DNA of 64,000 nucleotides from the NCBI GenBank assembly GCA_001600815.1, contig BCKZ01000003.1, positions 62,001-126,000 of the forward strand, given 5' to 3'. Under the pieces are notes generated by a model. The model did no database searches, was not told the DNA's origin, and saw only the letters and a list, made by a program, of their open reading frames with translations. Origin of the DNA: Alloascoidea hylecoeti. Lineage: Eukaryota. Made by a program: the position numbers and the translations under genes. Below, in pieces: positions 36,237-48,600 of this stretch (the first letter of the stretch is position 1; every line of letters begins with the position of its first letter).

Positions 36237-36736
36237 GATGAAAACGGTGTTTGTGATGAGTGAAAATGATGATTAGAAGAAGTTGGCATAAGTGTGCTTG
36301 ACGTTTTTTGCGCAATATTAATACCACCCCATATCCATCGCCACTTCCATCTTCATTCTTCTTTACCTACCCGCAACCCCTAAAACACTCCTGTATGTAT
36401 TAATTCTCTTCTTTTTTGGTGAATGATCCTTGAGAGTCTAAGTGAGAATCTGCTGGGCCATGGTTTCGCTGCAATAAGCGATACGCGATGAGCTATTTGA
36501 AATCGATCATGTTTATCGGTAGCAACCATCGTTGTTTCTCTAAAAAATGTGATTATGATGCCTTATTTCTTTCTAAATGAATGCCATCACAAGTGTTCAG
36601 ATGGATACTTTTGCCTTCAGATTTTTGCTAGGCTATTATGATCTTTCATTTATTTTATTTATATCACCTTCAACTGCTTATCGGCTAATATTACTAGGTT
36701 ACTAATTCGAATATTTAGAAATTATTCAACTACGAA

Positions 36737-37266
36737 ATGGTCACTATGAGATCTAAATTTAAAGACGAGTATTCTTTTGGTATGTATTAAATCGTTGATG
36801 GTGGCAAACCACTGATAAGGATTGGTAGAATGGTTGCACCAACCCTTATCGGTTGACTCACAGCCATACATATGCTCTGCTCTGCATCACCAAAGCCAAA
36901 GCCAAAATTTCTTTACTAACAAAGGTTTAAATAGAGAGACGAAAGACTGAAGCTGACAGAATCCGCCAGAAGTATGGAGACAGAATCCCAGTTATTTGCG
37001 AGAAATACGAAAAGTCAGACGCCCCAACTATAGATAAGAAGAAATACTTGGTTCCAGCAGACTTAACCGTTGGTCAGTTTGTTTATGTTATTCGCAAGAG
37101 AATCCAGTTACCTCCTGAGAAAGCTATCTTTGTTTTCGTCAACGATATTCTACCACCAACAGCCGCTCTAATGTCATCAATTTATGCCGAGCATAAAGAT
37201 GAGGATGGCTTTCTGTACGTTTTGTATTCAGGTGAAAACACCTTTGGATCAAACGAAGAATTATGA
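36737..37266 (+). CDS. ATG8: Autophagy ubiquitin-like protein; exons 36737(or 36746)-36779 and 36935-37266; probable 5'UTR intron 36393-36718
   Basis: [35 protein letters not shown]...[14 protein letters not shown]...YSGENTFG. Confidence 0.96.
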
Positions 37267-37645
37267 TTGGTAAAATATAGACAGACGGACGTCTATGATG
37301 ACTACATAATATCTGGTTTTGTTATGCTTTAAATATGAGGGGAATCGTTTATAACTACTATGATCTATTTTTTTATCTTTTCTACAATGTTACTCTTGTG
37401 GACCTTTGGTCGCGCATATTGGATTTAATATATTTATCTTTTTTACTTGAACTAAACTGTGGCAGAAATGTTATTAAAATTTTATTTATCCGATGCCGAG
37501 TATATTAAACTAAAGCGTAGTAAGTAAATATAACTTAATTTTAAATGAAAATAAAATGATTATATGAATCTCAGAATTTGTAGAATAACCAGACAAATTA
37601 GAGGGGGGGAAGATAATATGGTACAATATTTCATTCATAAAACAT

Positions 37646-40600
37646 TCATCGAGATATTCTTTTGATCAAATTAGAAATATGTGTTCCATCTAAATATTTC
37701 TCAAGTTTTCTAAGGTCTTGAGTCCTAACAATTAGTTTTATTTGCTTATCATCTTGCCACCATCTTTCGCATAAGTAGACAATATCGTTCGCTAATCTCT
37801 TCAAGTTCTTATCAACGTCAAATGGGAATTCACGTTGCTCTAAAAGATTATTCAACACCTGATACAAGATATCATGTGGAACCCCAGCGTTTAGGAATGT
37901 TTCCACAACTAATCCAGGAGGAACACTACAAGCGTCACCATTATCATGCTCAAGAATGAATGACTCAAATAGTGGAACTAACTGATCAACAGGGAATGCA
38001 AATTCTGCGGTTCGGAAGTAACGACCTAATCTTTGAATAACATTCGAGACTGCTTCAAATGATCTATCGTAATTATCTTGTGAATCTTTACTATTGAAGT
38101 TGTTATGAGTTGAATGAATCAATTTATCCCAACATCTCATGATTTCATCGGTACCTCGGAAGTCTGACACTTTAAATATCATCAAACAAATTTCGTAGTA
38201 ACTAAGAGGATCTGCATAGTTGTTAAATAGAACACTGACATTCAAAATCTTTCCATTTAGTGCATCAACGGCCTCTTGTCGCTTCTCTTCGTCTTCAAAC
38301 CTTTCATCTTTTGTAAGATTTTGTAATATCTCATCTTGAATACTAGCAACATCAACTAACTCTTGAATCATAAGGGCTAATTGAGACATTTGTTGGCGAA
38401 GTGCTGGAGGGCAAACACAATTGCAAAATCCATTGGCTCGTGATAGATACTCAATTCTTTGGGATAGAGTCAATTCAAAATCACTAGTACTTAAAGAATA
38501 CAAAACTTGGGCAGCATAAAAATAGTTTTCGTGTTTGCTGTGATAAACCCATAAAAGGTCAGCAATAGAAATGGATGATTTGCTTCTATCTTCAAGGTAT
38601 GACAGAATGAATGGTGACTCAATTTCAAGTAATCTATCGCTGACGCCTTGTTCGACAAACCAGTCATAAAAACTATAATGGAACAGCTCGTCATTACTAT
38701 TGAAGGCGACTTGATATGTTTCATCTCTTACTTTGGAAGCTTGCATGACTTTTCTAGAAGAAGCATCATCACCAACTGGAGCAGCCTCTAACTGAGTGAC
38801 TGTCTCAATAGCTTTTGTATCAACTATTTGAAGAATAGAAAAAACAGTTTGATAACAATTAAATCTTCGTTTGTATATTTCGGATCTTGCTCCATTGGTA
38901 TGAGAGTTATCATTAATATAAGAAAGAGCAGAATTACCACGGTCAATTCCTGATGCAACAGCCAATGCTAGTTCAATAGCACCAACGTAGTAATCAAGAT
39001 CAATCATTGAATCTATAGCAAATTTAAAGTTCTCATCGGTAATTGTTGAAGCAGTCTTTTGATACAACTTAACTGCATTGTACAAGTGTCTTGATTTCAT
39101 GTCTGGATCATTGGTTCCGAGGTCCTTGGCCTTACGTAAATGTTCAATAGCTTTAAATATAATAACATCATCAGCTGAACAGAAACTTCCACACCTTTCT
39201 TGTAAATTTTTGGCTACAATGTCAACCGATCCTCCTTCACTGACATTTTTATTAACAATTGAGGAGACAAGATCTTTTATCAGATCATTATCAGAATCTG
39301 AAGTGAATAAATCTTTAAATTTTAGCTCCGCTAATTTCTTTTGTGATTCTCTTGGAACATACATCATTACACCAGTTAATCCATCATTTTTCTTCTTTAA
39401 TGTTAATGGAACTGTAGAAGAATCATTGGAATTATTAACAATTGGTCCAACACGAGATCCCTCTTCACTTAAGAGGAGCAAAAATGATAACGCTTCTCGC
39501 ATTGAAGTGATCAGTTTGACTAATGAGGTTAATGCTTTATGTTCAGCCTGTAATGAAATCTCATCACCTCTTGAACCCATTCCAATTACATGATCGGGAC
39601 CACTTAAACCATCGATGAATGGTCTATTTTGCTCCAGAAATTCTCCAACTTCTAGAACCGCAACCAGTAAATTCTCAATAGTGGTGTATTTAGTTTGCAA
39701 TGATTCAATGATTGGTTCAGAGACATTTGGTTTTTTAGATTGTGTTGCCTTCTTAAATATCAATTGATTCCATAGAGGTCTTGATATTCTACTGATATAA
39801 GTTGCTATGCCATAGAATCTACCAGATAAGCGTACGCTGTCAAACGAGATTGGAAATCTTTCATCAAGGTTATATGCATCATCTTTTAAATGGGCTTTAC
39901 CACCGAGCTCAAGGAAAACCTTTCGAGCAAACTCCTTTTCGTCCTCTGAGTTTCCCGATTTACAAGCAACGTATAACGCAGTGGAGCAGGTTTCTGTTCT
40001 GCCATATAATTCATAGTAGGTACGTATATCGGGTCCATATGACTTGAACACTTCAAAGGGAAGTTTTCTGGTGAAAAAATGGATACCTGTGTTAGTTAAA
40101 ACAGCTATTTGAGTGGCTTTAGAATTATATTGGGCTGAAAATTCATTTCCATATCCAAGAGGCTTTCCAGATGCCTTAAATGGTGGCGAAATAATACTGA
40201 TTTCCTGGATAAATCCATCTAGATCCAAAAAGATGGCTTCTTCGAGATAGATTGGTTGCACAAGGCTCTGATGATTTAATATACTCCCTGAATCAACAGC
40301 AGAGATGAATAATTTATCCGATTCATATTGATTATCACTATTTGATTTGCTTTTTGTCTTTAATAAGTTATTAGCTTCCCTTGAATTGATTACGGCAAAG
40401 AAATAACCCGGTGAAAATATTTTAGATTTATTTGAAGCACCAAATAAAGCAGTTGATTCTTGTGCTTTCACTTTGTTATCAAGTTGTGGTGGAAACCTAA
40501 CTTGTACTACTTGCATAGCAGTAGGTGGTAGAGATGATCTTTCGGCAGAAGAACCAAATCCCATTGCCCTAACTGCTCTAATATATAATCGACAGCCAGT

Positions 40601-41815
40601 TGAAGTAACGGCTACTAAATGTATTTGATTGCTTTCCGCTTTAGATATAGTGTGTAAATGAACAATCTTTACTTTCTTTTTAGCATCAAGTAACGGAGAT
40701 AGAGAATTGATCATTTGTAAATGAGAAGCAACCATTGGATATGAATACTCTATGCATAATGATAATGAGCCATCTTTACTAATGAAATATGTTCGTATAG
40801 TTGATTTTGAAGATAATGTATACAAAAGTTGACGAGAATCATCTAATGCCATTTCAAGAATTGTTTCTGGGTATTCATCAGCAAACATAGCGCTCACTAC
40901 ACTGCTTCCAGGTATAAGAGAAAGCAAAGAACCACTAGGTGCTAAAGAAGATAGACTACTTCTTGTACGGCAAACTTTCCCGCACTTACCTCTAAACCAA
41001 GACTCTGAGTTTGAGTATTGCAATTCCCAAATATTAGTTCCATCAGCCCCTGAAAAATATATATTCCCGGTTTTCTCACTAGCAACAATATTATCGACTG
41101 AAATACCACGAATTGATACGATCATTTCTGTGTCATAAATCTCCAATGATCCGTTTTTGTAAGATAAAGCAAGAATGTAAATATCATAAGGAGTCGTGAC
41201 GAGTAAAACATAATCCACAGTATCTATGAATGTTTGTGGTTTTGGTTTTACAAGCTTGACAGATAATATTGTATGATTGATTGCTTCAAAGGAATAATAA
41301 TCAGTATTATTTGTATACTTCCAGAAAAAGATTTTACTATCAATTGTCGCGTAACCACGTTCGATTTCCGGTAATAAACCTAGCTGAGTATGAACCTGAG
41401 TCCTGTTATACTGCTCAAACACCTCGTCTGGAATATCAACAATTCCTGTCCGTTCAAATGGATTTAATGGGCCCAGGTCGTTCAAATTTGGAGATATCAT
41501 ATAATTAGAAAGATTTGCTTGCTGAATGAGCTGGTCAAGTTCTGGATAACGTTCATCAGAATCATTGAATCCATCGACATATTTCTCGGCCAATTTTAAT
41601 GGTGGTAAAGATGCAAGATCTTTTTCTTGTTCTTTTGTTGTATTGGCAGCTTCACCAGGTAAAGCAGGGTTAATTGGAATGACTTGAGAACCCTCTGGTC
41701 GGGAATGAAATGCGTTTTTGGAGTTAGAGTTAACCCATGAAGATGATACGGACAATGGTGATTGTTTATCACTTTTGAGGTCCAGATTGGACTGTAGTGG
41801 GATGTTATTTATCAT
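37646..41815 (-). CDS. NUP170: Nucleoporin Nup170/Nup157 (Nup155 family)
   Basis: LGLLPEIERGYATIDSKIFFWKY, LQERCGSFCSADDV and LSQRIEYLSRANGFC motifs. Confidence 0.92.
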   Translation of the reverse strand: MINNIPLQSNLDLKSDKQSPLSVSSSWVNSNSKNAFHSRPEGSQVIPINPALPGEAANTTKEQEKDLASLPPLKLAEKYVDGFNDSDERYPELDQLIQQANLSNYMISPNLNDLGPLNPFERTGIVDIPDEVFEQYNRTQVHTQLGLLPEIERGYATIDSKIFFWKYTNNTDYYSFEAINHTILSVKLVKPKPQTFIDTVDYVLLVTTPYDIYILALSYKNGSLEIYDTEMIVSIRGISVDNIVASEKTGNIYFSGADGTNIWELQYSNSESWFRGKCGKVCRTRSSLSSLAPSGSLLSLIPGSSVVSAMFADEYPETILEMALDDSRQLLYTLSSKSTIRTYFISKDGSLSLCIEYSYPMVASHLQMINSLSPLLDAKKKVKIVHLHTISKAESNQIHLVAVTSTGCRLYIRAVRAMGFGSSAERSSLPPTAMQVVQVRFPPQLDNKVKAQESTALFGASNKSKIFSPGYFFAVINSREANNLLKTKSKSNSDNQYESDKLFISAVDSGSILNHQSLVQPIYLEEAIFLDLDGFIQEISIISPPFKASGKPLGYGNEFSAQYNSKATQIAVLTNTGIHFFTRKLPFEVFKSYGPDIRTYYELYGRTETCSTALYVACKSGNSEDEKEFARKVFLELGGKAHLKDDAYNLDERFPISFDSVRLSGRFYGIATYISRISRPLWNQLIFKKATQSKKPNVSEPIIESLQTKYTTIENLLVAVLEVGEFLEQNRPFIDGLSGPDHVIGMGSRGDEISLQAEHKALTSLVKLITSMREALSFLLLLSEEGSRVGPIVNNSNDSSTVPLTLKKKNDGLTGVMMYVPRESQKKLAELKFKDLFTSDSDNDLIKDLVSSIVNKNVSEGGSVDIVAKNLQERCGSFCSADDVIIFKAIEHLRKAKDLGTNDPDMKSRHLYNAVKLYQKTASTITDENFKFAIDSMIDLDYYVGAIELALAVASGIDRGNSALSYINDNSHTNGARSEIYKRRFNCYQTVFSILQIVDTKAIETVTQLEAAPVGDDASSRKVMQASKVRDETYQVAFNSNDELFHYSFYDWFVEQGVSDRLLEIESPFILSYLEDRSKSSISIADLLWVYHSKHENYFYAAQVLYSLSTSDFELTLSQRIEYLSRANGFCNCVCPPALRQQMSQLALMIQELVDVASIQDEILQNLTKDERFEDEEKRQEAVDALNGKILNVSVLFNNYADPLSYYEICLMIFKVSDFRGTDEIMRCWDKLIHSTHNNFNSKDSQDNYDRSFEAVSNVIQRLGRYFRTAEFAFPVDQLVPLFESFILEHDNGDACSVPPGLVVETFLNAGVPHDILYQVLNNLLEQREFPFDVDKNLKRLANDIVYLCERWWQDDKQIKLIVRTQDLRKLEKYLDGTHISNLIKRISR

Positions 41816-42309
41816 GACGTTTGTATGTTATAAACAACTCTATTGACACGAAAATTCAAAAATATAAAATAAGGATCAAAATTGGCTGTAGCAAGAAGAC
41901 CAAGAAAATTAGCTAATCCGGAAATGAGTATTTTCACAATGCCAAACACCTTTATTCTATAAGAAAAGGGGGAGTTCCGTTTAATGAACAAAAAGAGAGA
42001 TGCGAAGATTTGAAGTTTCTCAAAATTGAAATTGAGATTGTTCAGTGAAAATATGGAGATGTGCTGATATTTACTTAGTCCTAAGTATTTACTGGCACTA
42101 ACTAAACTTGAATATTCCGTATTTTCTGTATTTTCAGAGATTTCCAGGCCTCAATTGGGCTTGAAGAGGATTATTGATGTTGTTTTCATTGTCAGGATGG
42201 TTCTAAGATATTCTGGACGTCTGGTGTGGTTTATTGGTGGTGGTTGGTTTACAGACTCCAAACCTTCTCTATCTCAAACAATACATGCATCACAGCTTTT
42301 TTTCATCGG

Positions 42310-43998
42310 ATGCTTTCTAAATCAATTCGCAGGCAGATTTTTGTTCATGCCCCTATTTCAAGTAGAACAGTCCCATTTCATACCAACAGTAGGGTGAGAT
42401 ATTCCAGTACTTCTACGACGTTAGATGGTCAGAATTATAAGTTAAAATGTGGTTTGGAGATTCATGCTCAACTAGACACTTCTTCAAAGTTATTCTCTGG
42501 TAAGTTTATCCTACAACTCTATGCGCTACCCAAAAATTTATCTGACTAATATTTTTCAGAATCTAAAACAACGTTTCATGAGATCCCCAATTCTCAGGTA
42601 TCATTCTATGACGTTTCTTTACCAGGAACACAACCCAAACTGAACAATCAAGCTTTGTTATTCGCTTTGAAAGCCAGTACAGCATTGAATTGTCATGTCA
42701 ATTCATATTCGACTTTTGACAGAAAACATTATTTCTATGGTGACCAGCCTGCTGGTTATCAGATCACTCAACATTATAATCCAATAGCAACAAATGGAAA
42801 GGTTCAATTGTTCAAGCATGATGGTGCCAAAACTCCCTTCGATGTGGGTATTATTCAAGTTCAAATAGAGCAAGATACAGGAAAGTCAGTATATTTTGAA
42901 AAACCTAGTTCAGATATCAATGGTCATGATGAAAAAATGTCAAAAATTGATTTAAATAGAACAAACACACCTCTCATTGAAATCGTAACTGCTCCTGATA
43001 TTCCAGATCCTCAATCTGCAAAGAATTTTGTGAGAAAACTGCAAACACTTTTAAGGCATATTGGGGTTTGTACCGGTGATATGGAAACAGGAGCAATGCG
43101 TGTTGATGTTAATGTTTCCGTTAATGGTGGTGAAAGATGTGAAATTAAAAACCTTGCCAATACAAGTTCTGTCTCTAATTCTATTAAATATGAATTTCAA
43201 AGACAGTCTAAATTACTTTCAGAAGGTAAAACAATTGAAAGAGAAACAAGAGGGTGGGATGGTAAAGTAACTACAAAGTTAAGAGGTAAGGAAGATGCTG
43301 TTGATTATAGATATATGCCAGATCCTGAATTGGAGCCCATTATTCTTGAACATGATGTTGTTTCAAAGGTTAAAGATAGTTTACCTGAATTACCAGATTC
43401 TATTCTACAACGATTATTAACAAAGCCTTATAACCTCCAATTAAAACCAGCGAAAACTCTAATGCAGGACCCAAGTCTTGTAAAGTATTACTTTAATTTA
43501 TACGATTATACAGTTACAAAACGTGGTGTTAAACCCAATGCACCAGGTAACTGGTTAGTCCATGAATTCTTGGGTGCTCTTGGAAAGAAAAATATGGAAT
43601 TTGATTCAAACATATTTCCCATGTCCAAACTTGGTGATTTAATAGTCGAAGTTCATAACAAGTCGATAACGATTACTACAGCAAAGTTATTATTACTTCA
43701 TCTTTTAAATAATCAAGCTGATCTTCAAAAACCAATTTCTGATGTGATCAAGGAATACAATCTTGGAAGTACGGAGACAATGGATTCTTCTAGCAGTACT
43801 GAGCTTGATGAAGCTGTACAAAATATTGCTAAAGATGTTCTAAGTCAGCATGAGAAGATAAAATTACAAATACAATCTGGTGAAAAACCAAATGCAATTA
43901 GATTTTTGGTGGGACAAGCGATGAAAGCAAGTCAAGGAAGAGTGGATGCACATCTTTTTGAGACGGCACTTCTAGCACTCATTCATGGTAAATCATAA
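42310..43998 (+). CDS. PET112: Mitochondrial Glu-tRNA(Gln) amidotransferase subunit B; exons 42310-42499 and 42560-43998
   Basis: Presequence, then CGLEIHAQL, FDRKHYFYGDQPAGYQITQ, MRVDVNVS and DYRYMPDPEL. Confidence 0.93.
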
Positions 43999-44074
43999 AT
44001 GAAACTGTAAATAGATATTATAAATATTACACATATAATAAATGCATTTTTCACACCCATATGTTAATGACTAG

Positions 44075-45514
44075 CTATTCTTCTTGAATTTCAGTTTTAG
44101 ATAAATCTGTAATTTCTTTGACAATATCATCAAGTGTTCTACAAACAGCATCTACTTTGCTTGTTTGAATACTGGTCCCTTTTCTACTAACAGCATCATT
44201 TTCAAAGTATAAAGTCTCATTGATTTGATCCAATTGTGCATATAATCTTCCTTCATTTATCATTCGTGCAACATCATGTTCAATTTGTTTCTTGCTTAAG
44301 TTGTTATTAGAAGAGATTAAATGATTCATACTACCATACGTTATATTGTTGAATATTTTTGATATTGAAAAAACATTATGTTCGAAAAGTATTTGACGAA
44401 GAACTTTCGAATGGTGTGGGAGTAAAAATAAATCCAAACCATAATTAATAGATTGTATAATCATAAATTGATTGTCAGTTATGATTTCATCATTATACAT
44501 TTTATTCAAAATTAAACCAAATTTTGTAAAAATAAATTGTTGAACTTTTCCAAGATTTTCATCATCAATATATGTAGTATCATAAATATATTTAATTTGA
44601 TAATTTCTAATTAAGGAATCCATATAGCTTTTAAAAGTATTATATTCATTCTCTGTCAATTCTAATGAAGAAGATGGAGGAATCCTAGGATCTTTTAATA
44701 ATATTGATAATGTTTTATATTTCCCAATACTTCCTGGTGGAGATAATATCAGAGCAACAATACTTCTAGTTAAAAATATATTTCTTCTATATTCAGGGAG
44801 TCCAGTGAATGTAGAAAGTTCATAAAATTTCAAAGCTGAATCTGAAAGTTTCAAATGTTTATCATTTATATCTGTCTGTAAGATCTTGAACCGTAAACGA
44901 ATGTTTGATTCTTCTTGATTCTGTTTATCCTCTTTCATTGGAGCCAAAATCATAGCAGCTTTATTAAGGTATGAATCTGCTTCATCATATTGTTCACATT
45001 CAAGGTATAATTGAGCTAGTTTTAACAAAATATCTGATTTCAATAATAACTCTGATTTCTCAGATCCTATTTTATCAAATTTTATCACTTTAAGCACATT
45101 AATAGCATTTTCGAAATTATCATAATCATTATCGGGTGAAGGTGGGGTTTTTTCATAAATTGATGCTAATTTCAATCTCAATTTTAACTCCTCAACATCA
45201 AGTGAAACATTAATTTTGCCATTTTGTAATGAATCTAATAAAAATTGATTGATGATTGGTAATTCATCAGAATATTCAATATTAAGTAAATAATCGATTA
45301 TATCAACAAATATTGGTCTTAATAATAAAGCACCTGTTGTAAGAGATGATACTTTATTAACAAACTGTACCACATTATTATAAGAAAGGGATAAATTTTT
45401 AAAATATCTTGTGATTTCATGAGTTTTATCTGATTGCTGCTGGAAAGTAGCAAGAATTGAGTCGATATCAGATTCAATAGACATTATATATAAAAAGGAG
45501 GTTTGAGGTACCAT
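44075..45514 (-). CDS. PCI-domain protein, COP9 signalosome subunit 4-like (start may be 45484)
   Basis: RLKLASIYE, LAQLYLE...ADSYLNKA and C-terminal PCI domain EHNVFSISKIFNNI...ARMINEGRLYAQLDQ. Confidence 0.75.
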   Translation of the reverse strand: MVPQTSFLYIMSIESDIDSILATFQQQSDKTHEITRYFKNLSLSYNNVVQFVNKVSSLTTGALLLRPIFVDIIDYLLNIEYSDELPIINQFLLDSLQNGKINVSLDVEELKLRLKLASIYEKTPPSPDNDYDNFENAINVLKVIKFDKIGSEKSELLLKSDILLKLAQLYLECEQYDEADSYLNKAAMILAPMKEDKQNQEESNIRLRFKILQTDINDKHLKLSDSALKFYELSTFTGLPEYRRNIFLTRSIVALILSPPGSIGKYKTLSILLKDPRIPPSSSLELTENEYNTFKSYMDSLIRNYQIKYIYDTTYIDDENLGKVQQFIFTKFGLILNKMYNDEIITDNQFMIIQSINYGLDLFLLPHHSKVLRQILFEHNVFSISKIFNNITYGSMNHLISSNNNLSKKQIEHDVARMINEGRLYAQLDQINETLYFENDAVSRKGTSIQTSKVDAVCRTLDDIVKEITDLSKTEIQEE

Positions 45515-45684
45515 AATTTAACTAGTTAAGTACTACTAATATTTTACCCGGCACAAAGCATTAAATTGATTATAAATTATGTAAATAAAAATAAAAATAA
45601 ATAAATAAGTATAAGTTACAAAATAATTTATAAACTAGAAAACCAAAAAGGCCAAAAAGCAAAGCAAAACTATTATGTATGATA

Positions 45685-48600
45685 TTAATCATTATAATTA
45701 AGATTAAGACCAAACAAGTATCCCAATTCTTTTCTCCCGAGTCTACCAATATTTCTAAGTTCACCTTCATCTAAAGCACCTTGAATAAGATCTCTTTTAC
45801 CTTTTTGTAAAGCCAGTATACGATCTTCTACTGTATTTTCAATCAATAGTCTATAAACAGTGACTGGTTTCTTTTGACCAATACGATGTGCTCGATCCAT
45901 TGCTTGATCTTCAACAAAAGGATTCCAAAATGGATCAGTTATAATAACATGAGAAGCACAAGTTAATGTTAAACCAACATTACCAGCTTTTAAACTAATT
46001 AATAAAACTTCAACATTTGGGTCAGCATAAAAAGTTTCAATCACTTCATGGCGAGATGTTGCACTCATTGAACCATCATATTGTAAATAAGATATATTTT
46101 TTTCAATAAAAGATTTACTTAAAATATTAAAATATTCAGTAAATTGTGAAAATATAATAGATTTTTCACCTGGATATTGTTTTTTAATTGTTTCTAATAA
46201 TTCAATACATTTTGAAATTTTTGGTGATGGTTTTAAATTTTTAATATCAAGTTTTGCTAATGTACCTTTTTCAATTTGTAAATCTTTTCTTTCTTCTTGA
46301 TATAAAACTTCAGGTTCAATTTTATCAACTAAAATTTTTTTTAAAATTGAAAATTGAACTTCTTTATCTGTTCTAATATTCATTTGACAAGTTAAACATT
46401 TTGCTGTTTTATATTTACCTAAACCATCTGCTTCACCAAATTGATCAAAAAATGTTTCATTACATTCGCCACAAATACCATGACCACATGGATAAAAAAC
46501 AGTTAAATTTTCAGGATCAATAACATCAAGACAAATTGGACAAGTAAATTCATCAGCATCATTTAATATACGTTCAACAACTTCAGGTTTAAATGATTTA
46601 ATTAATTTTTCAATTGTTCCAAAACCTTCTGGACCATCATTTAATCTTCTTAATTTTCTTTCAACTTCTTGTCTTTTATTTCCAATTTCAACCAATATAC
46701 TATGAAGGCAAGCTTGTCTTAAACGTAATAGTAAAACTAACATATTACTATAATTTTTACCACTACCTTTTTCTTGATTCATATATTTTGTAGCTTGATC
46801 TTTTGCATTATTTTCTAATTTATGATAAAATTCTAATTCTTCACCATCAAATATAACTTTTTCTTCTTTAATATATCTTGGAGGTAATTGTAAAATTGGT
46901 CCCCCATCAATTTCAGAAGTTTTTAAACGTCTTAATAATATTGCTTTTAATAAAGCTTGTAATTTTTTCATTGCTGTACTTCTTGATGGACCAGCTTGAT
47001 AACCTTCAGTAACACGTCTTAAAGGTCTACCAATATCATAATTAAATTTTCTTTCTTGACAATATGGTTCAATTTTTAAAAATCTAACAAGACTGAATAA
47101 TTCATCAACATTATTTTGCATTGGTGTACCACTTAAACACCATCTATAATCAGATCTTAAACCTGCACATGCTCTTGAAGCTAAAGTTGATTTATTTTTA
47201 ATAATTTGTGCTTCATCTAAAACAATTCTAAACCATTTTGCTTGATTAACAAAAAATGGAGAATCATAACTATGATTTTGAGTTTCATCTCTATAATCAG
47301 GTACAAGACTTGAAGTTTTTGAAATTTGACCACCAGCTAAAACTTCTTTATAATGTTCTTTAAATTCTCTACCAATTAAATTATAAGTTGTTAAAACGAT
47401 ATCATATTTTGACATTTCTTTAAAAGTATCATGTCTTCTAAGATTTGAATGATGAACATAAATATTTAATCGATGTTGAGGATCAATTTTCCCTAATATT
47501 TCATTTTCCCACTGTCTTAATAAAGCAACTGGTGTTACAATTAAAGTAGTTTTATTTTTTTGATTTGGTTCAGGTGGTCTTGCCAAAATTAAAGCAATTA
47601 TTTGAACAGTTTTACCAAGACCCATATCATCAGCCAATATACCGCCTTTACTAGTTTCTTCCATTCTTGATAACCAAGTTAAACCAATTCTTTGATGTGG
47701 TAAAAGTTGAATAGTCATACCTTTTGGAGTTGAAGCTCTATCTTTTTCAGGAACTTCCTCATTTAATTGAATATTATCTAAAAGTTTTTGTAATTTTTTA
47801 TCATCTTCAAATGATGAACCACCATTTAAATCATTCATCAATTGTCTATTTCTTTCTTCTTCATCGATATCAACAACATTATTCATTTCAAATGAATGAC
47901 CAAATGAATGACCAAATGAATTATTACCCAAACCAGCAAAGGGATTTAAAGGATTTAAAGGATTAAAAGATTTACTTGATAATCTATAAATTTCATCCAA
48001 AACTTCTTTTAAACCAATTTGTTCAGTATTTAATTGATTTCTTAAACCATTCATATCCATTTGTTCTTTTCTTAAAGAATTAATTTTTAAGTTTAATTTA
48101 TTTTCTTCTTCACTACCAATTATCGTTGAATTTTTATTAAATTTTAAATTTCTAATATCTTTTTCTAATTGATTTAAATATAATTTTTTTGAATTATATA
48201 ACTGATTTGTCCATTTAATTGATTGTTCTCTTTTTAATTTTTGTTTTTCCATTAATATAATTTGAGTATTTAAATCTAATGATCCATTTTCTCCAACTTT
48301 ATTATTATTATTGTTATTGTTATTGTTAAAATTTCCATTAAAATATGCTTTGTCATTTACTGGTGGTCCAATAATTCTTGAAGAGGTAATTATTATTTCA
48401 TCATCTGTTGACTCATCATCATCAAAATTAGTTAAATCAATAGTTTGAATTTTTGCCTTTTTTGGTAATGGTAAATTAGTGTTATAAATAGTAGTTAAAG
48501 ATGGAGAAATAGGACGTTTGTTATATGGTATATTACTTATTGATGGAGAATGATCAGTATGATTTATATTGTTATATGAATTGAAAGGCAGAGTGCCATA

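Noticed and set aside
39078..39593. Antisense ORFs inside NUP170 (and likewise inside BRR2, ILS1, CAR1, GDE1 and PAB1)
   Set aside because: Shadow frames of long real genes, with no independent features.
42155..42397. ORFs upstream of PET112
   Set aside because: They have non-ATG starts; the PET112 start at 42310 explains the coding signal.
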